Shown piece after piece: positions 12,378 to 25,900 of a stretch of DNA of 64,000 nt. Where the stretch lies: assembly GCA_047967505.1 (NCBI GenBank), contig CM106538.1; one strand, written 5' to 3'. The stretch's first letter is position 1, and each line of letters begins with the position of its first letter. Source of the DNA: Dipteris shenzhenensis. Taxonomy: Eukaryota. The position numbers and the translations under genes are program-made. The notes under the pieces were generated by a model, which was given only the letters and a program-made list of their open reading frames with translations, searched no databases and was not told the DNA's origin.

Positions 12378-15300
12378 ATGGCTTCCATGGCTTCCAGTTT
12401 TGGTTCCAAGGTGTCTTTCAAATACCTTGAACATGCTTGGTATTTTATGGAGCACAAATCAAAGTATTTTTTGGTGATCACTTCAGAGAACATATGAAGC
12501 CCGAAATATTCTGCAGAGGCAGTAAGAAATGGTGGCATGGTATCAAACATCAATATTAAAGAAAACAATTTGATAGAAATTGTGTGCCAAGGAAAGAATG
12601 ACGAGGTGGTTTACAAGTTACGAGTTACTCCGAAGCACCTCTTGAAGCCGTTACCAGATTCAATTGAGGGATCCCAAGAATTACTTAATGCCTTAGAAGC
12701 ATTGAAGAAAATGTGGGATGCATTTCCAAGTGGTGGTGTTGAACCTTCAGCACCACTAAGTATGCCATCTATAACATATAACCCTCAAGTACCATCAATA
12801 TCTATGGCGGTAACTCCGGTAACTCCAGCAAGTGTAACTACAGTATCTCCAACTGTACCTACACCATCGACTGCTACAACTACAGGAACAAGAAGGAGTG
12901 ATCGTGGAGCAGACTCAAGTGCTATAGCTAATCCCAGAAAGAGAGCAAAAATAACTCCTACTCCATGTGCAGATCGCTCGAGTGCAGGCTATTTAAAACC
13001 AGGCGAAAAATTGGATAGCGATGAAGAGGAAGATCAACAAGAAGAAGATACAAGTCTCGAAGACTTTTCTATAAGTGTGGCAGACTTACATACTCCAGAG
13101 GATGAGGGATACATTTGGGGATTTTCACAATTCAGCGTGGCCACAATGCTTATTGATCGAGCTTCATTGTTCACAAATCAAAGAAAGCTCGATAAGATAT
13201 TTGCATGCAAATTGTATGAAGATACAAGGAAAACAAGAACTCCAGTTGCCACTAATATCACTCTTCGTCCTATGGCGTTTAAGAGACTTCAAGAAGATGA
13301 TCCTACATTGCCTGATGTCACATTTCAAAAGCGTGTGGACTTTCTTGATGCTTTTGAGAACTTTAGAAGGAGTGACTTTGTTCGTGGAGAGGCTTTGTAC
13401 CAAAGCCGATATGGGAGTGACATCGAGAAGAAATACATGCTGGCAAAGAATAGATTCTTGAAAAGATGCAGGTTTGAGCCCATTGATGGGCAACACTTTT
13501 GTGAAGCTTGCAGGATCGCCCTTGATGAGGGAAGAAAAGGAAACTTGCCATAGATTGAGTGGATGGAAACGTTTCAACGGGTCATTTGTCATATATGCAT
13601 ATTTAATGATGACTCAAAGTACATTCTAGAATCAGAGAGGCTGAATTCTGCTCCATTTAGGTTGAAAAAATGCTCTTCTTTTTTTGAGATCTTGATAAAG
13701 GCAAGGGAGTTATGGATGGGCTGTGGAAAGCCACAAATAGTGAAGGGCAAGAGACCTACATCGGAGTACATGGCAAAGAGGACTCGGTTCTATAGATGCT
13801 TGAAAGGTGTTGTAAGCAATACGCAAGGCATACCAGGTAATAAGGTTGAGGCAAAGGATTTGAACACCACCGTTGCAAGATACAGGGATGTTACCTGCAT
13901 TGTCTTCCGCGAGGACTCAGTGTTTCAGAGCATTGTGGATGTTTGCCAAGCATATGAAACAGGAAAGATATCCTTTGAGGCACCAGAGCACATTGCAACT
14001 CAGAGGAAAGAAATAAAGAAACCGATGTCTATTGTTTGGTGGAGAGCTTTAAGGTTTGTTCCAGATGCAATAACAGAAGAAGTATGCAAGAAGATCCTAA
14101 GTGGTGACTGCTTCTTTGGAAAGAAGAGCAAGCATAGCAACTTAGATGAAGTGGTCACCTGAATGATTCAAAGTGAGGCTACTCTCTCGGCACTATTATT
14201 TTTATTGAAATCTGATGATGAGTTAGCTAGCAAGTCAATTGATGTGGATAAGAAGAAAGCACTTAGCCTAGGTCAACTCCTTGATAAGACATGGGCTAGA
14301 AAGTGGTTGGCTTCAATGGATGCAGATGCCACACCAACAAAGGATCTAAGAGCTAAAATGCCAAAGGTTGTTGAGACAGAATATATGGACATCAAGAAAA
14401 AGGCCTTGCAGTCCAGTACCCAAGGTAGAGCAATTGGTGGTTTAGATGATGGTTCTCCATTCAGCTTCTCTTATGATATCCTGCTATCAGAGAATGATAC
14501 AAAATTTGCACACATCAATGGCACTGATACAGAGCATTTCATAACAATGAGTGGTCATGCTTGGGAGAAGCCGTGCGTATTTTTCATAGATGAATTGCAA
14601 GACCTTGCAGTGTCACGGATAGTTAAACTTGTGCGGTTTATCATAGAAGGTCCTATGGCAGATAAGAAAAGATCAACGTTGGTCCTGTTCATGACAGAAT
14701 CACAAAGGGATGCCCTATATGTGAGTTTGACATCTTCATTTGGATGATTTACTTTCAAAAGTATACCATGGTATAGTCCTACATAATCATATGACTGTCT
14801 TGGAAGGCACCGCCATTCAAGTCCTGCAGCCTTTCTTGATGTGCTTCTTATCGAGGGGTGGTGGTAATCTAATCCAAACTCCTTTAAGGACTCTCGAGCT
14901 TCATTACTTTGAGGACAATAAGGTTAAGCTTGATGCAGCAATGGTGGATTACAAAAAGCCGATGGATCCTGATGTGATACTAGAGATGACAAAGAATTTA
15001 TTGAATGATGGGTGCGAAGTAGCATTGTATCGAATGGGTTTTGCTGCTGAGAAATTGCTACACCAAGGTAGAAATGTAAATGTCATTGATACCCCCCATC
15101 AAATTGAGTTCTTTGACACATATTACAGTTGCACTCTTTCTTTGAGGAGGAAAATGTCAAAGAAGAGGGTAGTGAGTCTGAGGGTGATGATTCTAGCTCA
15201 GGTGATGATGAGGATGAAAGCTCTGCATCCGATGACTTATGGCAAGAAGAAATCCGCACAAAGAATAAGAGTGATCAATTGTCAACTAGAGTCAAGGAAG

Positions 15301-15803
15301 TTCCACTCATCATATGGGAAGGTTCGCGGCAGCAAGAAGTTACAGTAGTACAGCACGTCACAGGTAAAGGTAAGGCTAAAGAGGTGGAAGCACTTCCCTT
15401 AAAATTAAAAGTGAGGAAGGCACCCTTGATCTTGGATGAAGGACAGGCAAGTGGATCGATCTTGGGTGAAGGACAGGCAAGTGGATCAAGCAAGGAAGCC
15501 TTACTCAAAGAAGGTATGGACGAGGCAAAGCATGATTAGGAGGAGTTACCAGGAGGCATAGATGGTTCTTCAACCATGACCTTACAGACTCCAGAGCAGC
15601 CTACTAGTTAGGAACCTAGTAGCCAGGTCCCTACTTACCAAGAACTTGGTCATGAGACTCTAGAGCAACCTACTAGTTAGGTGCTTGGAACTGAAGAGCA
15701 AACTACTAAGGACCTTGCTACTGAGACTCCAGTCTTAGAGCAGCCTATTAGTCAGGACCCTGGTAGTCAAGGGCCTAGCATTGAGGACATTGGTACTGAG
15801 TAA
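12378..15803 (+). pseudogene. Second gene of the Sola-like element: putative ParB/DGQH-like domain, degenerate amino-methyltransferase-like domain and acidic tail
   Basis: ATG at 12378 after the acceptor TTTTCAG. One frame continues through single stops (~12495, 13551, 14160), with frameshifts near 14750 and 15130. FEPIDGQH is at 13473-13496. Domain calls are by eye only. Confidence 0.6.
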
Positions 15804-15965
15804 CATGATGGCTAACAGCTTTGTAATCACAAGTTTTGAACTTCTATGCAAAGCTAATATCTAATAAAAAGTTTACTACTTTTTTGATTTCTTTGCTCTC
15901 ATTATTGTGTATAAAGATTGTTTATGAGGGCCATTTTATTCTTAACGGTGTTTTTTAATACCAAG

Positions 15966-16450
15966 TGTGGTGTATATGTACACTACTTACACATAAAAGG
16001 ATTTACCTACACTACCTTTCTAAGGGCTTTATGTACACCACCTTTCTAAAAGAAATGGTCATAAAGGTGTGTGCACACCACTTATACATAAAGGTGTTTA
16101 TTTACACCACCTTTCTAAGAGTATTGGTCATCTATTATTGGTCATCTATTGATGTTCTTAGGTGATTATGAAGATGTTTATGTAGACCACTTTGTAAGAG
16201 AATTGGTCATCTATTGATGTTCTTAGGTGATAGTTGCTCAATTCACAAGAAGTTATGAAGATGTTTATGTAGACCACTTTGTAAGAGATTTTTGTGAAGT
16301 TATGAAGATGTTTATGTAGACCACCTTTGTAAGAGATTGGGTTATGCATTGATGTTCTTAGTACTTAATCATTAAATCTTTTGTTTTGAGTTGGCAAATC
16401 TAGTTCAAAATCATTAAATCTTTTGTTTTGAGTTGGCAAATCTAGTTCAA
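15966..16450. repeat. Right subterminal repeats
   Basis: GGTGT...ACACCAC palindromic variants; TTATGAAGATGTTTATGTAGACCAC x3; a 42-bp tandem duplication at 16368-16452. Confidence 0.75.
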
Positions 16451-16549
16451 AAAACAACATTACTAGTATATTCAAAATTTTTGGACTGTTTTTTAGTCCA
16501 TTTCTCAAATTGGACTTTACACAAGTCCAAAATTTTTGAATAGTGTGTT

Positions 16550-18400
16550 CAATGAATGTCACATAGTATTCAGCCCCGCTTAATGACCGTGTAGGCATGG
16601 GACCACATATGTCTGAATGCACCAAATGAAGCTTTTCAAACTCTTTCTTTCCCCTTCTTTTATGGGCTGATTTAGTCTGCTTCCCATAGAGACAGTGCTC
16701 ACAAAATTCAAAATCAGAGAAACTTAAATGTGGTACATAACCCAAATGGCATAAGAATTTCATTCCATTTTGGCTCATGTTCCCCAACCTGCAATGCCAA
16801 AAAGAAGTGCCTGGCTGCTCGGTTATTGCAACAACATGATCAAATACCCCTGATACATGTAAGGGATACAAAGTCCCACACTTGGCACCCCTGGCCAAAA
16901 GCATAGAGCCCTTTTGAATTTTCCAACTCTGAAAGCCAAAAGTGGTGTGAAAACCAGCATCATCTAGCTGGCCCACTGGAATAAGACTCTTGCTCAACTT
17001 AGGCACATGTCTCACATGTTTCAAAACAAATGCAGACCCATTTGCAAAAGAAAACTTTATGTCACCTGCTCCCACTATGTCACATGCATAGTCATTTCCA
17101 AGATGCACACAACCTATCTTTCGACTATCATAAGTGGAGAACCATTCCCTATGGGGAGTAACATGGAATGAAGCAACAGAATCCAAAATCCAATCCTTGG
17201 AATATGCATCATATAAAGTGCTAAGCAACTCTGCAGATAAACTAGACATGAAGAGAACGTCATTGTCACTATCATGTGTGACTGCATTGATCTCCTCGAT
17301 CTTAACTTTTCCTTTGTCCTCCCTTGGACTCTCTTCCTTCTGATTTGCACCCCAATTTGCATTCTTTTTCTTATCCTTTTGCTCTCTTTTCAGCTTGTAG
17401 CAATCCTTTTTCATATGGCCCTTCTTGCCACAATGGTAACACTCAATGTTTTGTGCCCTGGATTTGCTATGAGACTTCCCTCTTTCTTGGGACTTCCCCT
17501 TGAACTGTGATCTGCCCCTTTGCACATTTAAGGCTGCATCTTGCTTGTTGCTATCCATAGACTTCCGTCTAATCTCCTCGGCCAACAAGCTACCCACAAC
17601 ATCATCAAATTTCAGTACTCCACTAGGTGCAGAGTTACTAACAGTTGTACAGAAGGTATCCCATGAGGATGGCAATGAACATAAGAGAAATATTGCCTTA
17701 GTCTCCGCATCAAAATTAATCTTCTGAGCTTGAAATTGTTGGCTGAAAATAATATTGAATTCATTCAAGTGAGAAGCAATGGAGACCCCTTCCTTCATCT
17801 GCAGCTCAAACAACCTCTTCATGAGGTAAACTTTATTAGAGGTAGTTTCCTTTTCATAAGTGGCACCTCGGGGGGGTCACTATGTATAAACCCTCTATAC
17901 CACGTGCGTTCAAGGCCTATTTCTAAAATCCCTTATCTGTAAAATTTTCATTAATAAAATGTACCCCTTTTCTATACAAATCTGTAAATTTTTTCCAAAA
18001 CTATTTTAAATAGTCCCTTATGTATATTTATTTCTGTAAATTTTAGAAATAAAAAATATCCTTCTGTTGAACTCATGTGATAGGGTTACATATGATGAGT
18101 GACCCCCCTGAGAGTGGCACACAATTTCTTCTACAAATCTTTCGTAGTTTGCTCATTTACTACTATGAAATAAATTGACTCTGTAATATGAATTCTAATA
18201 GTAGATTTTGCTAATGCATCCAACTCATTCCAATCATCCTCAGACATATTTGCAGGATTAGCTTCAATCCTTGCCAAGGGTTTAATCTGCTTCTTTTGAA
18301 TAAGCACATCCCTTATTTGTTCTTTCCGCAAAGAAAAGTTTGTCCCATCAAACTTTTTAATGCTTAAAAACTTCTTTTCAGACATGGAAGAGGATGCCAT
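16550..18400 (-). pseudogene. Copia A gag-protease-integrase (5' part), interrupted by a MITE
   Basis: IKKFDGTNF, LLCSLPSSW, zinc knuckle CYHCGKKGHMKKDC, WILDS, GAG-pre-integrase WHCRLG...CEHC, and LVHSDICGP. Confidence 0.92.
17867..18112. mobile_element. MITE, copy 1 (8-bp TSD)
   Basis: TIR CTC(G/A)GGGGGGTCAC and TSD AGTGGCAC (17859-17866 / 18113-18120). Excision restores gag KKLCATYEK. Confidence 0.92.
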
Positions 18401-19838
18401 GATGCAAATGAAGCAATAATCTCAAATGCTAGTGCCTACAAGAGAGAATCACACCAAATATGAAGTGCACCCAAATGTGTATGCCACAATAGAGTGAAAT
18501 ATCACCAAAACTCATGTCTCAAAGCATCTGACTCATGTGCATATACTATGCATCCATATGAGCAAATCTGGCCCAAAAGAAAATGCCAACTGCAATGGCA
18601 ATCAAAATGCCAATAAGTCACAAATGACTCAAGCATAAACAACGTCCACTGGCATATGCATTAATAATATCTCATCCAAGAGAGCATAGCACTATCAGTG
18701 CATCACCTGCAATGTGTCAAAGCTGTCCCTCAGCATAAAATAGCATCCATGTGCAAAGCGTCCATAAAAATAGCATTCCACAAGGCAATTTGGCCCTATC
18801 AACACATCCAATAAGGACCGCAATGCATCCAAATGGCCTATAAATCATCCACTACAACCCAATGCACACCACGAATGAGCGCACATTGCTCAAACTGCAA
18901 CCAGAGTGATCTGCATAAGGTATGCTTAAGAAATCATAGTCCCACGGTAATGATCGCTACTGAAAATAGAACCTGAGATGCCTCAAAACATGGGTGCCAT
19001 TGCATAATCGGACCCAGCAAGAAAATTTGCAAATATCTCTCTTCTGCTGGAACTCCAAAATCCCAACCAATGAGTGAGAAATGGGAGTCAACACTTATCC
19101 ATTGCCATGTGGCATAAATCTAAGGTTTCAAAACCTTAGAATGAAAAATGCATAACAGAGAGACGAAATCAAATACACAGAGATCTATAACTCTAAAAAT
19201 CCTCCACCGAATCGTGTAAGAACTAACAGGTAGGGGTTTTTGGGCATCCGGAATGCAATGGGACAGAGGGTTTTGGAAACTGTGGTCTCAATCACTGTGT
19301 CCAACACATGGACTGAAAAACGTTTTTGGAAATAGAGCTATTTGTAAACTCCACCGGAGTGCGAATGATGAGCAACATAGAAGTTTTAGGACCTCCTAAG
19401 TCCACCGGAACTTATAGATCTGCAAATGGTTGCTCCAAACTTGAGTTCCAACACCCAGGTAGAAAAACGCAAAAACTGACACAGTGAGTCAGAAATCCAA
19501 TGAAATGATCCCAGATTCAAGAATGAAGGTGTTTCCAAGCTTCTGAAGTAAAGCGGACACCAAAAGCAAGCAATAGTTGCCTCTACAAGTCAATACAGAG
19601 TCTCTGTCATCGAACGGAATAGGGAAAAGCTCAAAAAATGACTTTTTCTTTGAAAATACTTAACAGGCTCTCAAAACCACTTCGCAAAACCAAAGTGACT
19701 ATTCCAAAGGTTCCTCCAAGGTCTCTACACACTTGGATGCAAGTAAAGTCACCCACAAAGCTTCCCACAGAGCTTCTCTTTCCTCCCACAGAGTTGCTGA
19801 GCTTCAAGCATTCACGCACGCTCAGCTAGATCACCCGG

Positions 19839-19948
19839 GCTCGAATACCCTAATCTTCTTTTTCATTTATTTATATATGTGTTTGAGTATTGTACATAAC
19901 CAGGGTAAAGGAACAGTGACCTTTAACCCCCACAAGCATAGCATAACA
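19839..19948 (-). repeat. Candidate degenerate PBS and short 5' LTR of Copia A
   Basis: On minus, GGTATTCGAGC resembles a tRNA-Met PBS. TGTTATG at 19948 coincides with the point where Gypsy integrase similarity stops. Confidence 0.35.
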
Positions 19949-22900
19949 TCCCCCTCAGCAAAATGTCTTTCCCATCCCTTGCAAATCTTAGCATCCAAAC
20001 GGGCCTTTTGTCGATTCTTTTGGATCTCTGTTTGATGTAGGGCAAGGCGTTGGGCTTCATCTAGCTTCTCAAGTTGCACCAATCGGGCCTCTACATGTTC
20101 ATCTTCTATCATCCTCTGTTCTTGTGCCAATATCAAAGCTAGAATCTCTATCTCTAGTGGTAAAATAGCCTTAGTACCATATACCAACTCAAAAGAAGTG
20201 TGACCTGTAGATGTTTTATGAGTGATGTTGTAAGCCCATACAGCTTCTGTGACCTTATGATCCCACTGGCTCCTATTTCCTGTGGCCATTTTTCCCATGG
20301 TTTTACAAAGGAGGCCATTGGTCTGCTTTGTTTGACCCATGGATGCTGGATAATAGATGCTAGAAGTGTGATGATCAATACCCATGTGATCCATGTTGGG
20401 ATATCTCAAGGTGTATGCCTCAGGCACACCTTGGTTTCTATGTGTGAGTGCTAGAGGCACAGTTAGGTGGTGGAAAGCCACATAGGATGATTGAGAGAAT
20501 CTAGGAGCAGATTGAGGAGATGATTGTGGAGCTCTGAAGTCATCAGTGATGTCAGTGAGCATGTATGAGGTGCCTACTTAAGGACCTCACTCTTCTTCAT
20601 TCTACAAGCAAGTAATGCAAGTATTCTGAGTTTGTGTCCACTCTTTGCTTTCCTTTCAGTTTTCCAACATGGTATCAGAGCCCTTTGATCCCCCTTGAGC
20701 CCATTTCTGCCACATCATCATCTTCTTCTTCATCTTCTTCTTCCCCATCTTCCTCCTTCTTCCCAAAATATTTGAGAGCTTGGTTCTCCACCTACAAATG
20801 ACCATTGCCCAAACCCTCTGAGCTGGAAACTCCTCTAGTATGGATGAACTTCCACGTGCAAGCAATTGAAGAAAAAACGTCTGTGGTGGCTGCCATTCTC
20901 CAAATAGCGAATTTCTTCTATTGCTCAATACTCTCTGCCTGCTCCGCCATTGCCTGAGCCCTCTTAGGAGTAGATGGGCGACCTCAAGATGAAGATTTTG
21001 AGCCATTTTTTAGGTCATTTGGTTCAGTAACGAGGGAGAAGTCGTCAAAACTCAGGTTCAGTCTGTAGCAACTCTCCCGGGCAAAAGTGCACACCATTTC
21101 GTCCAACCTCTGTGCTGGACCCTCTCTGGTATATGAGCTTTCTTTTGCTTCAGAAAGCCCTCTTTTTCTTGCTTTGAAGAGTGAACTACAAGCCCTCCAA
21201 GTTCAGCCTGTTGGTTTTGAAAGTTTTGACAAGTTTTTGAAGAAGATGCTACATAAGATGCTATTCTAGCATTTCTGGTTTTTTGAAACTTTTAATAACT
21301 TCAAAACAAGTGTGGCTTCAGTTTTGTTTTGAATTACTAGACCTTGTTTTGATTGGAAAATATTCATTTTAGCCACTTCTATGAAGGATGTAAGAAGAAG
21401 CATCATTGTTTGAAATTTGGTCACAAGACTTTGCTACATTAAATGCTTATATTTTGAAGCATTTCAGTTGTTATTCTAAGCCCTGTAAGAGAGAAGACAC
21501 TGCCCAATACTTGGGTTAGACCCTCTCATGGCTTGCTTATGCAAAATGTGTGAAAAGCCAAAACATAAAGCAATGTCTTGTTATGCTACAAAGGATGAAA
21601 ATGTCAACCTGACTTCCTTGTTGAAGATTGCCAAAACAATGGTTGCCAAAAAGGAAGCAACTACAAAGCCAGAGATCTACCCTCTCATGGCACTTTTATT
21701 TGACTCCAAGTACAAGAAAAAGATGAAGGTCAGATACCTAAGATATGCTTCTCTACACAACTATGGAGATGACAACATAATTGTTCTCTTGAAGGATATG
21801 ATTTTTAGATCCACTTGTTCTATCATAGTACCATCTTATAAGGCACTAGACACTGCCCATGTGGTAAGACCTTGCCTTAACATGGATATTTTGCCTCCAC
21901 AAGATGAGCATCCCATGAAGATTATGCATTTTAAAACATCTCTATGTATGCTCCAGATCTCTCTTTTTATGTCGAGGTACTCAGCCTGGATAGTCCTCCA
22001 AAATGAATGAAATAAACTATTGTGTTTTGTAAACACCTCTGGTCACCTTATGATGTAGGCCATGTGTATGTTTTGCTCCATGGTACCTCCTGCAGACATT
22101 GTGTGCATGTACATGTAGGGGAGATAACCATTGGAAGGTCTTTTGTTATCCCTTTTGTTTACCTTACACCCAAGGGAACCCTTGCTAGCATGAGAACCTA
22201 GCCATAGATTTATCCTTGACCACCATGAGATGGCATGAGAAACTATGAGACTAGATGTATCCTTGACATAGCCTGAGGCATTTCCTTGAGGGGGGGTTTG
22301 TTGGGATATCTCAAGGTGTATGCATCAGGCACACCTTGGTTTCTATGTGTGAGTGCTAGAGGCACAGTTAGGTGCCCACAAGCACAGTTAGGTGGTGGAA
22401 AGCCACATAGGATGATTGAGAGAATCTAGGAGCAGATTGAGGAGATGATTGTGGAGCTCTGAAGTCATCAGTGATGTCAGTGAGCATGTATGAGGTGCCT
22501 ACTTAAGGACCTCACTCTTGTTCATTCTACAAGCAAGTAATGCAAGTATTCTGAGTTTGTGTCCACTCTTTGCTTTCCTTTCAGTTTTCCAACAATCCAT
22601 GAGTAACTCCACTGCTTCATTTAAGAATGGACTCCCATGGTCAGAGACTATTTCCATGGGTGTCCCGAACCTTGTGCAGATACGTTCAAATATGAAATTT
22701 GAAACCGCCTTACCATTTGTAGCAGGGAGGGTGATAGCTTCAGCCCACTTAGTGACATATTGATTGGCTACCAAAAGATACTTCTTTTTGTGGGCAATCA
22801 TGGGCAAGGGCCCAACAAAATCTATTCCCCACTTCTGAAACGGATGGATGGACATCACTGGGTGATGTTGCCCAGGATGCAAATCCTTCCTACTAAAGAA

Positions 22901-25900
22901 TTGGCATGGTTCACAGGTTTTGTAATACAAAGTGACATCCTTGAACAAGGTCGTCCAATAGTATCCAGCATGCAAAATCTTCTTAGCTGTATAGTCATTG
23001 GCATAGTGGCCTCCACAAAATCCATCATGATAATGCTTCAATACCTTAGGTACTTCATCTGCATCAATGGCGTGTCTCAGTACCCCATTCATGCCTTGAT
23101 GGTACAACACCCCATCAAAGAGGGTGTAGCGCCTACTATCTTTGCAAATCTTCTTTCTCTCATAGCTAGTACTTTCTGGAGGAAAGGAGAAAGCAGTCAG
23201 AAACGTGTAGATACCACCATACTAGTAATCCCCAACTTCTATGGCCGCTATAAGGGTTACATCAAGGCACTCCTCTAAATCAATCGAAGCATTCTTCAAG
23301 TTGGAACAACCCCCTTTTACAATTTTGAAAGAAAAATCATATTCTTGTAGAGCTGCAAACCATTTGTCCAACCGGCCCATGGGATTTGGTGATTGAAGAA
23401 CTTGCTTTGCAAGACCAGTGCTAGTGAGTATAATGAAGGACTTTCTAGCCACATAATGCTTAAATTTCTCAATGCAGAACACCAAAGACAAGGCATGCTT
23501 GTCAGCCTCTGAATAGCATTGCTCAGTGTCGAGCAATTGTTGAGAAGCAAATCGAATGGGATACATGAATCGATCCTCCCCTTGCTGGAGAAGAATACCT
23601 GCCAGAGTGTGCTCACCAAACCTAGGATTGATATAGAAAGTCTTTGACTAGTATGGATTGTGTAGAATGGGTTCTAAAGCCAGAGCATTCTTGATTTGTG
23701 CAAACCCATGATCACAATCCTCATCCTAAGAGAAATCAACCCCATCTTTTAATAGCATAGTCATGGGTCATGTCAAAGTAGCATATTGATCAATGAAGCA
23801 GCGATAGTATCCTGCTAGATTAACAAATGAGCATACCTGACATATGGCTTCTACCTTCTCGGGGTTAGGCTTAATGCCCTCACATGAGACAATATGTCCT
23901 AGTAACCTCCCTTGAGTGGCTCCAATGGTGCATTTCTCAAGGTTGAGACTACCATTCGCCTCATTGACCCTTTGGAAGGCCAACATAACCTTCATGATGT
24001 GCTCCTTATGTGACGAGAATATACAAAAATCATCTAAAAACACCTCCAAGAAATCCCCCAAATAAGGAGCAAACACCATCTGCATAAATCTTTAAAAGGT
24101 AGCAGGAGCATTGGTGAGGCCAAATGGCATTACTTTGAATGCAAATGTCCCCAAAGGTGTGGTAAATGTGGTTTGAAGCACATCTTCTTTGGCAATTCTG
24201 ATTTGATAAAACCCAGAGTAACCATCACAGAAAGTATACATCTCATGATCACTTACCTTCTCAAGAATGAGGTCTTGAAAGGGAAGAGGATGATGGTCCC
24301 TCTTGGTGGCTGCATTGAGTTTCTTATAGTCGATGCAGACCCACCACTTGTTGTTTTTCTTTGGGGTGACTACCACTGGTGAAACCCATTCAGTATTGTG
24401 AACCGGAACAATAAACCCAGCTTCTATAAGATTTTGCAACTACGAGCACAAAGCATCGGTTTGTAGGGGCCCTAATCTCTGATACTTCTGAGCCATAGGC
24501 TTCACATCAGGCTTCAGCTCTAGCTTCAGCTCTATCTTGTGTTCTATGCTAGTCACATGGTGAAGGTGGTGGTAGCTAGTTGCGAAAAGGTCAGGGAAAT
24601 CTTTGAACATTTCTAGGAACTCGTCTTTCTCACTTGGAGTGAGGTCTAGGGAAAGCATAGATTCAAGCTGTTGAGGACTAGCTGTTACCTTTTCTGTAGG
24701 TGGCGGGGTCAGAGACACCCCCATCATGTAAACTTCCTCATTTGAGAACTCCTCCCCCTCGTCTGATCCTTCCATTGATTCAGACACCGAGGATGAGAGA
24801 GTATCACTGTCTTGCTCCTCTTCTTCTTCTGGTTCTATGGCACCTGGTTGCACCGGGATCTTCTCCTTAGAAGCACCAAAAGACATGTGTCCTGTCTTCC
24901 AATAGCTAACTGCATCACTCTTTCTCAACCATGGTCGCCCGAGTATGGTTGGGTAACTCCTACCTGTATCTTCAATGTCCACTACATAGAAATTGACAGT
25001 GGTGGTCAACCTATTGATAGTGATGGGCAAATCCTCAATGACTCCTAGGATGGCAAGTCATCGACCATCTTCTACCTTGATTCGAGTGGAGGAACGGCTT
25101 GTACATTTCAAATTCAATATCTTCATGATTCGGGGCACCATGATATTACATGCAGCTCCCTCATCAACACACACATTTTTGACATGGCAATTATCTATGA
25201 TGATATCGACTGTATGTGGGTGCCAAACAATTTCTTTAGAGATAGAAGATACCTCTCTTACCTTTCCCTTTTTCTTGTTCCTCCTTTTTGAGAGCCCTTG
25301 TTGCAGCTCACGTCTCACCTTAGGGCTTAATGCTATTAGTTGAGGGAGCGTGATGCTCAAAGAATGATGAGCAAGGTCTTGAATGACCGAATAGTCTTCT
25401 TGCCCCGAGCTGATGGGAAAATCCGAGGGTGACCACTTACTCCTGTGGGATCTTTTAGTCTTCTCGGTTGGTGGGTCTGCCATCTCAGCATCTGAGGGCT
25501 CTGAGAAGGACACCTTCTTCCTAGGGTGGCCTGGTCCACGGTTTGGAGAGGGGTCCAAGATGGTACGACTTCTTTTCCCAAGGTCAAGGATCTCTACATT
25601 AGAATCCTTAGTGACTGATTAACTTAGAAGATTCACCCTTGGAATATTGGGACATTTTGTGCGATAATGACCCTTCTGGTGGCACTCGTAGCATACAACA
25701 TTAGCACGGTCTCTTGGAGGGTGGTTGGCTTGATTTCTAATGCCCACCATCTCAAGCCAAAGATCATTTAGGGCCTTGGCTAGGTTATTTACTCTAGGTT
25801 CTGTTGCAGGGGGGCCTCTTTAGTTGGAGGGGCTGAGGGAGTAGAAAGGAGGGGGGCTTGTGGGCGAGGCTGGGGAAATCTTCGAGGCGGAGGGTGAGAA

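Larger units (their letters stand above)
3076..16549. mobile_element. Large Sola-like cut-and-paste DNA transposon (13.5 kb)
   Basis: 27-bp TIR AACACACTATTCAAAA(T/A)TTTTGGACTT at 3076-3102 and 16523-16549, one mismatch. 4-bp TSD CAAT at 3072-3075 and 16550-16553. Removing the element restores the Copia integrase TFIDDA. It contains a DDD transposase. Confidence 0.88.
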
